Below are positions 54,487 through 64,000 of a stretch of DNA of 64,000 nt, piece after piece. The translations under genes and the position numbers were made by a program. Origin of the DNA: Narcine bancroftii (taxonomy: Eukaryota); assembly GCF_036971445.1 (NCBI RefSeq), contig NC_091475.1:10540001-10604000 (forward strand). The letters are read 5' to 3'. Below the pieces are notes generated by a model. The model made no database searches. It was not told the DNA's origin and worked only from the letters and a program-made list of their open reading frames with translations. How positions within the stretch are numbered: the stretch's first letter is position 1; each line of letters begins with the position of its first letter.

Positions 54487-55050
54487 TCATCATCATCGTG
54501 GCCCATCCCTTCGTGAGCGAAGATGATCTCGGTGCCTTGTAGCTCTTCTGCCCTCACAGAACTTTTTATTATTGTTGGCACATTGTGATGTGCCACTGTG
54601 AATCGCAGAACGCCATGCAGTGCGATTTTTTTTTTCTCTCTTTTCCTGCGAGGCCCTCCCAGTCAGTATGGTTGACGTACTTTGTAGTGAAGATGTGGGC
54701 GGCCAACAGGGCGGGGAGCATCTGGTAGCCCACCGTAGAGGACATCTTTGGGCAATCAGCCGTCCTCCATACAGACAATGTGACAGCGAACGCGGATGAT
54801 TGAGTAGAGGTCTGTACTTCCAGGACTTGGACGTTTGTGATTCTGTCGCATCATGAGTAGCCTAGGATGGATTCGAGGAAGCGGAAATGGAATGCGTTAA
54901 GGCGGTGTTCTTGCTTTCTGTATGTGACCCAGGACTCACAGCTGTAGAGTACTCAGCACGCAGGCCTCGTAGACTCGGATCTTCAACTTGATGGAGTGGT
55001 GGCGGTTATCTCACATGCGGGCATGGAGGCGTCTGAAGGTAGTGGAGCAC
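54487..55050 (-). mobile_element. RTE-clade LINE 3' fragment with (GAT)n tail
   Basis: Revcomp reads KIRVYEACVL..YSCESWVTYRKQEHRLNAFHFRFL.SILG...DRITNVQVL; catcatcatc tail. Confidence 0.8.
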
Positions 55051-55109
55051 TAATGGTGCTTCTCAAGAAAATTTGATGACTCTGGCTTGTTGAACCTTAG
55101 TATTTAAGA

Positions 55110-55410
55110 TTACAATGTTGATCCACTGGATAAAGGACTAATAATCCAGCAATATGAGTTCAAATCCCAGAAATGCAACTGTGAAAGTTAAAAATCAAAT
55201 TGACAACTGGAATTTTAAAAAAATTTTGCTACAAAAGTCTATCTGGGTTAGTAATGTTTTCTTTTAGGGAGAAAGTGTGCTGTTTCTTGTGTGTGGTTGA
55301 CTCAATGCTTCATGAAATGGGATGGCAAGCATAAATTGCTCAGGATGGTGACTCCCTACCACTTTCTCAAGGGCATTTAGGAATGGCATTGAATACTGGC
55401 TATGCTCAAA
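55110..55410 (+). mobile_element. Ancient DeuSINE (SacSINE/AmnSINE-like) relic
   Basis: ggactaataatccag...gagttcaaatccca...tgtggttgactc...ctcaagggcatttaggaatggc. Confidence 0.55.
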
Positions 55411-56512
55411 TCACAAAAAACAAATTAATGCATTTTTTTGATAATTTTACAATCAAAATCAGGTGCTTTTAAGAATAAAAAAAATGTATTTTATTTTTAT
55501 CCAATTCAAAATATCCAGATTGTAATTAATAACAAATAATCCAGTCATATTTTTTGAAGAAATTATTGAATTGAAATTTAAAGTTCGATTATAGCAATTT
55601 GGCACAGGATGTGATGTAAACTTGCTATCCTTTGCTAGAACAATTAGTTAAAAAGAAAATTCCCTTGGATGTGTAATGGCATTTGTGGAGAGGGATCAAA
55701 CCAATTAGATAAAATCAGTCTGTGAAACTGTGTGGTGGTGGACATGTCTGATAGATATTTTATTCCCTACATTTTTTACTTGTAACTTGTATTTGAGAAG
55801 AACATTTTATTCAGGATGAATATTTGAAAGGCGGGGTCCCTGCTGTTGAAATCGAGGAAGGGGTTTCCAATTTGCCCACCTATTAAATGGTCAATTGACC
55901 TTAAGCACAAAAGGTCACTGGAACCTATCAAGCACTTTGGTTTAATTAAATCATTTCCAACTAATTTAAAAATGACAAGTTATTCAGCCACAAGAAATGT
56001 TTCAGAGCAAAGATGACATTTGATTTCAGGCATGTTAATTCTCATGCTTTATGTATGAGAGGGAGACTTTTTTTTTGCAACCTAAATGAAAATTCCTTTC
56101 CATAATGACAAAATTTAAAAAATCATCTATTTTGCACTGGAAATTGTCATTCACTACAATGTTTATGTGCAGTAAGCAACTGTTTTTCAGGAAAATGTCC
56201 ATTAATTGAGTTTGGGGAGAAACTGCATGGATCTCAGTTGATGATTTTCCATTCAGGTTCATATGTCTGTGATGTCTGCTGACATGAGAAGGCATCCAGA
56301 TATCGGAGAGTGATGTGACATACCTCTCTCTTTCACTTAAATATATATTTAATTCACACGTGTGTGGATATCTAATTCAAGTCCATGGACATCTAACATG
56401 CTAGGAACTGATATCAAGTAGATCTATCCAAGTTCAAGGGAGGGCAATGTCAATTTCATCCCCATTCGCATGTGTCAATAGTGATCATCTATTATCAACC
56501 AGTCCCACAATC

Positions 56513-56787
56513 GACATTCACTACCTAAATTAACGAAAGGAGAAGGAAATGAAAAGAATTGACTCAGTGGAATTTCTTGTTTATTTTTATTGAATGACAA
56601 CATTGTTTGACTGGTTTAATGTATCCTAGATTTTGTACTTTAAATGGACGGGGGGGGGGGGAGGTAGGGAGGGTGGGATGGGAGGAGGGGGGGGGGAGAA
56701 AATGGCACTGTATATATTTGAAAAGGAAAAAGTATGTATCATGGTTAATGTGGTTTATGGTGTGAAAAAAAAAAATTAAAAAAAAAA
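56513..56787 (+). mobile_element. 5'-truncated L1 (3' UTR only), relative of the intron-12 element
   Basis: Similar to 30780-31055; poly(A); 17-bp TSD CAACCAGTCCCACAATC at 56496-56512 and 56788-56804. Confidence 0.9.
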
Positions 56788-57399
56788 CAACCAGTCCCAC
56801 AATCAGAGAATAAAGGTCTCAAACATTTAGGTCAGATACTGACAAATGCCTTCAAGCTCCAACTCAGAAGGCTCTGGAATTGGGTTAATTCAAAACTGAG
56901 ATTTATGGACAGTAAAAATAATATGGAGATTGGGTAGAAAGTGGACAAATTGCAGCATCACCATATTGAACAGCAAGACTGGTAGAGTTTGACTTTCTCC
57001 TCTTCCCATGTTTCTTAGTTATAACTTCCACAGCTCCTAGTCTCTTGGAAGGTTCCTCAAATTGCATAGCTGCAAACTAGTCTCGTTAAAACATGAAATT
57101 CAGAGTTTAACCACATTAGCACCTGATGGATTTAACTCCTTAAAAGAACATTTGACAAGAATTAAGAATAGCATTTGCCATAAGATCCTTCAACTCTAAT
57201 TGTCATCAAAGACCATGACTGATTTTCTACTACAGCATTATTTTCCTGCACCATTCCTGTATCCATTGATACCCTTAATATCTAGACATTTTCTATTTCT
57301 GTGTAGAATTAAATTTGTCCTGACTCACTTGGAGAATGACACCTCATACCCCCATACTGCTGTTCATTGACATAATCTTGATGTTTAATACAATCATTC

Positions 57400-58255
57400 C
57401 CCAGGTGCCTGTGGAAAAGCTGTTCTCTTTGGGACTCAACACTCCCCTCTGTAACTGGATTCTGGACTTCCTAAGGACAGACTACACTGAGCACTAGTGC
57501 CCCTTAGGGCTGTGTGCTCAGCCTGCTCCTGTTCATGCTACTGACCCATGGCTGCACCATCAGATCCAACTCCAAAAATGCCATCAAGTTTACAGATAAC
57601 CCAACAGTATTTATCCTCATCAGCAATAATGAGAAGAGGTGGAAAATCGCGTGATCAGGTGTGAAAGTAACAACCTGATTCTCAATGTGGACAAGACAAA
57701 GGAGATGATCGTGGACTTCAGGGGGACCAGGAACAACCACCCTCCACTACACATCAATAACTGTAGTAGAGAGTGGAGAGCACCAAGATCCTTGGGGTTC
57801 AATTAGTGACCTATTGTGGACGCACAACATCTCACTCGTCAGGGAGATGCAACAGTGACTGCACTTCCTGAGAAGACTGAAACGGGCAAAACTACCAACC
57901 TTCTACAGGAGCTCACGGCCGGCTGCATCACAGTGTGGTATGGGTGCTGCACAGAAATGGATTGGAGGTCAATCCACAGGACCATGAGTGTGGCAAAGAG
58001 AATCACTGGAGTCTCCCTCCCCCATCGACTGATCTACTGGGATCATTGTCTGAAGAGGGCGTGCAAAATCACTGAGGACCCCTTCCACCCTGAACATAAC
58101 ATCTTTCAGCTACTCCCATCAGGAAAGAGATACTTGTTTTGGAGTATCAGTCGGCAGCATCAGGGTGATAAAAAGCTTCTTCCCAAATGCAGTGAGAATG
58201 CTGAACGACTAAAGGAACTGTGTGCAGTAACCATCTGAGACTCTGATATTCACTG
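57400..58255 (+). mobile_element. Rex1/Babar-type LINE fragment
   Basis: [62 protein letters not shown]. Confidence 0.85.
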
Positions 58256-58740
58256 AAGAGTCCTGTGGAGAGCATTCTCTCTGGTATGGAGGTGCCAATG
58301 CTCAGGACGGGGGGGGGACCCAAACTCCAAACTCCAAACTCCAGAGGGTTGTTAACTCGTCCTGCGGCATCTCGGGGATCAGTCTTCGTGCCATCGAGGA
58401 CGTCATAAGGCAGCACAATCTTCACTCCGTTGAGGACATCGTAGGGCGGCCCAGTTGGCGTCGCGGTTAGCACAGAGCCAGTGATTGGGTCCGGGCCGGG
58501 CTTATAGAGTGCTGCGCCGCCTGTAAGGAGTTTGTACGCCCTCCGCGTGGGTTTCCTCCCAAAAGGACCAGGAGCCAACAGTCGAGCCCTCAGTGGCATC
58601 TTCTTCCCCGCCGCCACCTGATTCCTGAATGATCAACGAACCACAGACACTGCCTCACTTTTGACTTGACCTGCACTATTTATTTTTTGGTGAGGTGCTC
58701 CATGTCAAGTAGGCCCTGTGAGGCAGGCCAAATTTCGTGT
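58255..58740 (+). mobile_element. Mosaic of Rex1 3' pieces and a SINE head immediately upstream of SON
   Basis: 58260-58450 and 58600-58680 match the revcomp of 12330-12670; 58455-58560 matches the SINE head (gcggttagc...ctgtaaggagtttgtacg...gcgtgggtttcctcc). Confidence 0.7.
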
Positions 58741-59260
58741 CCCATTCAGGTCCCTGTGACGTCCGCCGCTGCGGGGCGATCGGCTCCCCCTAGTGACGGC
58801 GACGGGGACCGACGGGGATGGGACCGACAGTTGCATTGTGGGAAACTTTAGGCCACAGGCTGGACAACTGCCATGGCGACCAACATCGAAGAGATCTTCC
58901 GCTCCTTCGTGGTGAAGAAAATCAAGGAGATCGAAGACGAGAAGCACCAGAGGTAACGGCACGACAGGTCGTTAGGACCAAATGAGCCGAAGAACTGAAA
59001 GCCAGGGTCTCGGTCCCTGGGCTCCGGGCGGAGGCGTGCGGCCTTCGGCGGTCGCCGCTGCGGAGCCTGCCTGAACCCCGAGCGCGGAGACGACGCCCCG
59101 GGGCCCGAGCCCCGGCAGGGGAGTGACTCGCCCCGGAGCCCCCGCCCTGGAGACGGCTCACAACGGGGCCGCTGGATGGCGGCAGAAAGATGGCGAATGT
59201 TGTCGATGTTTGGCCCGTTCATCCCGCGAGGGGTCCGGTGATGAGGGGCGAGGACGGGGG
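58350..59260. promoter_or_regulatory. CpG island / SON promoter and 5' intron
   Basis: High GC and CpG density; CRE-like TGACGTCC at 58757-58764; YY1-type AAGATGGCG at 59187-59195 and GGATGGCGGC at about 59174. Confidence 0.7.
58873..58952 (+). CDS. SON: SON (nuclear speckle DNA/RNA-binding splicing cofactor), coding exon 1; rest of gene outside window or not recognised
   Basis: Strong Kozak gccATGG; MATNIEEIFRSFVVKKIKEIEDEKHQ matches the recalled human SON N-terminus MATNIEQIFRSFVVSKFREI; phase-2 donor AG|gtaacg; CpG-rich context; SON neighbours GART in mammals. Confidence 0.92.
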
Positions 59261-59269
59261 GGGGGAGAA

Positions 59270-60025
59270 GCCTGGAGTTGGAGGGGATGGTGGGGGTGGG
59301 GGTGAATGAGCCTTGAGATGGAGGGGATGGTGGGGGGGGGGGTGGATGAGCCTTGAGTTCCTTGAGTTGGAGGGGATGGTGGGGGGGGGGGGGTGGATGA
59401 GCCTTGAGTTGGAGGGGATGGTGGCGGGGGGGTGGATGAGCCTTGAGTTGGAGGGGATGGTGGGGGGGGGGTGGATGAGCCTTGAGATGGAGGGGATGGT
59501 GTGGGGGGGGGGTGGATGAGCCTTGAGTTCCTTGAGTTGGAGGGGATGGTGGGGGTGGGGGTGAATGAGCCTTGAGATGGAGGGGATGGTGGGGGGGGGT
59601 GGATGAGCCTTGAGTTCCTTGAGTTGGAGGGGATGGTGGGGGGGGGGTGGATGAGCCTTGAGTTGGAGGGGATGGTGGCGGGGGGGTGGATGAGCCTTGA
59701 GTTGGAGGGGATGGTGGGGGGGGGTGGATGAGCCTTGAGATGGAGGGGATGGTGTGGGGGGGGGGGTGGATGAGCCTTGAGTTCCTTGAGTTGAAGGGGA
59801 TGGTGGGGGGGGGGTGGATGAGCCTTGAGTTGGAGGGGATGGTGGGGGGGGGGTGGATGAGCCTTGAGATGGAGGGGATGGTGGGGGGGGGTGGATGAGC
59901 CTTGAGTTGGAGGGGATGGTGGGGGGGGGTGGATGAGCCTTGAGATGGAGGGGATGGTGGGGGGGTGGATGAGCCTTGAGTTGGAGGGGGGGGTGGATGA
60001 GCCTTGAGTTGGAGGGGATGGTAGG
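59270..60025 (+). repeat. G-rich minisatellite in SON intron 1, about 18 units of about 38-48 bp
   Basis: Unit GAGCCTTGAG(T/A)TGGAGGGGATGGT(G)8-12TGGAT; decays into 20-bp AAGCCCAATGTGGGGATGGT x3 at about 60218-60278. Confidence 0.95.
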
Positions 60026-61059
60026 GGGGGTTGAGCCCAGAGTTGATGGGGGGGGGTTGATCCTGGAGTTGGAGTGGATTTGGGGGTGGGGGGGTAAGAA
60101 GCCCAGTGTTGGGATGGTTGGGGAGGAAGAAGCCTGGCGTTAGGATGGTTGTGGGTGGGGAAGTAGATCGGTGTTGGGATGGGAGGGGTAGAAGCCCAGC
60201 TTTGGGGTGGGGATGGTAAGCCCAATGTGGGGATGGTAAGCCCAATGTGGGGATGGTAAGCCCAATGTGGGGATGGTAGTGGGGGTTGAAGCCCGGCATT
60301 GGGATGGGGGTGTGGGGGAAGCCCAGTGTTGGGATGGTTTGAGGGGGCGGTGGGATGTTTGTTTGGACTCGGGGGAGAAGAGAAGCTTGGTGTTGGATGT
60401 GATAGATGGGAGAAGACAAGTTTAGGAAAAAGGTCAGAATTGGAAGAAGTAATGGGAGGAGAACCCTAGTGTTTGAAGGCGTGGGAAGCCAAGGTAGCTG
60501 GTGCTGAAGGTTAGGAGGGGCAGCTCGGGAGCTTTGGGTTGAACTTAGATGGAGGAGGTTGGGTGGTGTAATTTGACGTTTCAGCTCGTGGAGGGAGAAG
60601 GTCAGTGTTGGGGGGGGGGGGGCAGCAGTGGCAGGAGGTTGATGGTGACTATCTTCATTAATGCTGTAGGGAGATGGGTGTGATTGGGAAACCATGCCAC
60701 AAGAATGTAGTGTGGACGCAGCAGGAACAATTTATTGGTGTCTCTAATTTGGCAAAGGTAGCTTTTGCAAACTCAGGTTGATGTAGACCAGAAAATCTAG
60801 CTGAGTAGAGCCATCCCAGGCATAAATGGACCAGCTAGATGCTGACCAACAGGACCCAGAGGGTTAATCACCAAACTCATTATGGTCGTCAGCAATAGAA
60901 TTTAGAAGTGAGGAACTGCAGGCCATAGGGCTGATGCAGAGCCCCTAACCTTGTAAGCCTAGTTGCCCAAGAGGTTGCTATATAAATTTGGAATGCATTC
61001 AGATCCTGATAGAAAAGTTGAATCTATTGATCACCATAGTTTTAAAAAAAAATAAACAT

Positions 61060-61250
61060 AAAGCATTTTGACAGGACTTTGCCCATGACCATGTTCCCTC
61101 AAAATATACTTATTAGCCTACAATCCCTGTACATTTTTGGAGATGAGAGGAAACCCACACAGATGCAAGGAGAATGTACAAACTCCTCACAGCCTGGGTT
61201 GCTGGAGCTGTAATAGTATTGCACGAATCACTATATTAGCTGTGCTGCCC
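61060..61250 (-). mobile_element. tRNA-derived SINE (HE1/V-SINE-like)
   Basis: Similar to 19745-19990 and 24840-25045. Confidence 0.7.
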
Positions 61251-62334
61251 CTCATCTGAAATAAAGCTCCTCCAACATTTCAGTAAGTCTTTAGTTTGAT
61301 AGTAGTTTAGGCGCTTGGGTAGGATTTGAAACTGGAAGGTTCTAACTCGAAGGAATTGGCTGAGTTGCAGCTGACACAGCATGTTTAATGTTGTCTGACA
61401 TACACTATTTGAAGTTTCATTCCTCTTAATTTTCTAATTTTTCAATGTCTGACTTTTTGGGTATTGTTTATTGCACTGTTATCTATGTGGTTACCAGAAC
61501 AGAAGTAGGATTATATTCCCTTGTGTGGAGAGATGTTAAGATTCACTAATGTGACAAAAGCTTTGTTTTTATGAAAAAGATATGGTTTAACTGCAACTGG
61601 TGAACATTGGAAAATGTTCTGAGATTCATCTAGCACAATTGGTGCTGAAGCAGTATTTGACTGGGCAATATCTGTAGATATCATCCAATTGATTGTTTTA
61701 ACTATATCAGCAAAGGAATGCCCTATACAGAATTTCACTTTATATACTTTGGTTGGGTTAAAACTAGAAAAATGTAGTTGCATGTTAATATTTTCCCCCT
61801 TGATTTACTTCCCATTTGATTAATCGGCTATGTGCTTGCTGCTTCTGGGCTTCTGCCTCATTTGGAATGGTTAATTGGTAGTGCACAGGACTACTCCACT
61901 GATCAATTTTCCTCTATTTTTTTTTCTTCAGCAATATGGCAGAGATTTGGAAGTTGGATTCATTTAACATATTGGGGCACCAGTCAATACATGGCTTCAA
62001 GTGTTAGACTTATTAAAGGATGAATGCTACAGTTGCTTGTAAGATATTTGTCTGCTGTTGGTAGAGTTTGTGTTGAAATAACGAGCTTCATTGTATATTG
62101 AATATTATAATCTTATCATTTCTATTATATGCAACATAATGATGGATATATAAACTTGTTTTGATTTATTTAAATTTCTGCTGGGTATTGATGGAATATT
62201 TTGTCCAGATTTCTTGCTGAGTGATAAAGAAAGTGTTCTCAGCTACCCAGAAACCTTTCACTGACTTTAATGGCAATTTGCAATATTTTCTTTGGAGATC
62301 ATTTTCATTACAATGTTTTCTGCAGTATGTTTGC

Positions 62335-62830
62335 AACAAGCATGTGCAGAAAATATGGTGGGACTGGTCTATAAGCCACCCAGTAATAACATTACAGAGG
62401 CACAGTCAATAAACCAACTATCAGAAGCTCGTAAGAATGGAACAGCAGTTATTGCAGAGGGCTTTAACATGCACTAGACTGGGTGAATCATGTTGGTCAG
62501 CAACCTTGAGGAGGACTTCATAGAATGCATCTGTGATAGCTTGAACAGCATGCTAATGAACCTACAAGGGAACATGCTATCTTGGATCTGTTTCTGTGCA
62601 ATGAAATGGGTACAATAAGCTATCTTGTAGTCAGGGATCCTCTTGGAAAGAATGATCACAGTTTGATCAAGTTCCACATACAAATTAAGGTTCACTGTTC
62701 AGTCTAAAGCAAGTGTATTATGCCTAAACTAAAGAAATTAAAAGAGGATGAAGGAGGAATTGGCTTGTGTAGACTAAGAACACAGTCTATATGGTGGGAC
62801 GATTGAGGAACAGTGAAAGACTTTTAAAGA
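62335..62830 (+). mobile_element. CR1-like LINE endonuclease-region relic (resumes about 63850-64000)
   Basis: VGLVYKPP, VIAEGFN, EPTRE.AILDL, DPLGKNDH; later LKEMAEVIVDAL.IIY. Confidence 0.75.
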
Positions 62831-62834
62831 GGTT

Positions 62835-63830
62835 TTTATTTTAAAAATATTTTTATTGAGTTTAATGTATAAATCCTACATACATAGTCAACTAATATAA
62901 AGGCATATCATATCAAGTGCATATCACAATTAATATGGATACAGTTCACATAAGAAAAAATCCATAATCGTTAATATGAGTTTCTTAAAAATAATTCTTG
63001 ATAGAAACCCATTGTATCAAGCCTTGATCAACACACATATATATTATCCAATTAATATCGTAATCTCGGACAAAAATAATAAATCAGAATATATCAATTA
63101 ATCTAAAAAAAAGTAAAAAAAACTATTTCTAATCTACCCCTTTCCTCTAATCAAGATTACAGAAAAGAATAAAATCTGGATTGAATAGTGACTTTCAGAA
63201 ATCAGACAGAAGTGTTGGAGCGTCCAAATTGCTTAGATCTGCCAGACATGATAGATAATATTCTATGAATGAGCCCCACATCTTTTCAAATTGAAATTTT
63301 ATATATAATGTTGTATCTAATTTTCTTCAATCTTAAATATGACATTACATCATGTAAGCACTGTGTATGAGTAGGTGAAGATTCATCTTTCCATTGCATT
63401 AAAATTGCTCGTCTGGCTAAAAGCTAAAAATTTCTCTTGAGATACAGACACAAGTATATCTGGTTCACGAGAAACACCAAGCAAAGCAATGAATCTTAAA
63501 AATCGTTGACAAAGATTGAAAAACATTTTCCCCAAATCTTTCTAAATTGGGACACTCCCAAAACGTGAAACTTCAAAAATTTTACACTTCTCAGAATGGA
63601 TTGACATCTGTATAAAAACATGAAAATTTAAGTTTAGGCGTGTATTCTGTGTACCACCTTAAACTGTAATAAACCTTGTCTTGTACAAAATGAAGAATCA
63701 TTAATCAACTTAATTTCCTTTTTACCATATTCTTTTTCAAATTTGACATATAATCTGATATTGAGAAATAGATTTGGAATATGGGCTCAATTTAAAAACA
63801 TTTTGGTTATAATTGTTTTTTTTTTTTGCT
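62835..63830 (-). mobile_element. Old L1-like 3' fragment inserted into CR1 relic
   Basis: T-rich tail at about 62835-62860; collinear with 38305-38883 plus 42535-42930. Confidence 0.7.
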
Positions 63831-64000
63831 TGCTAGACCCATTATAATCAATCATATTTTTCAACCTCCTGGAGCTGGCGGAATGCATGGTAATGAAAGA
63901 AATGGCAGAAGTTATAGTTGACGCTTTGATGATAATTTATCCAAATTCTCTGGGCTCTCGGCAGTCCTGGCAGAATAGAAGATAGCAAATGTCATGCCAC

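Noticed and set aside
58848-60695. 615-aa and 355-aa proline-rich minus-strand ORFs (extensin/formin-like)
   Set aside because: Translation of the C-rich strand of the G-rich minisatellite, antisense to SON exon 1 and intron 1.

Overview
Eukaryotic (vertebrate) genomic DNA. The repeat landscape (Rex1/Babar, CR1, Penelope-like, RTE, HE1/V-type SINEs, DeuSINEs) suggests a cartilaginous fish, probably a ray; this is inference. The + strand carries the complete coding sequence of GART (trifunctional GARS-AIRS-GART purine enzyme): 21 coding exons from 8116 to 49863, all introns GT-AG, 3042 nt, 1013 aa. About 9 kb downstream on the same strand lies the first coding exon of SON (58873-58952). GART and SON are therefore head-to-tail here, not head-to-head as in human and mouse. 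The introns hold a full-length L1 with both ORFs open and a 14-bp TSD but an FADG instead of FADD reverse-transcriptase motif, and a decayed two-gene PIF/Harbinger element nested in an older L1. Upstream of the first coding exon sits a Tigger-like MITE swollen by about 77 copies of a CpG-rich 25-bp minisatellite. hAT elements, fold-back Penelope-like fragments and a G-rich minisatellite in SON intron 1 are also present. GART intron 11 shows a weak donor followed by an in-frame stop overlapping AATAAA, a candidate monofunctional GARS isoform. Exon numbering follows human GART; the non-coding exon 1 and promoter were not located. All assignments come from reading the sequence and recalled protein motifs, with no database search.
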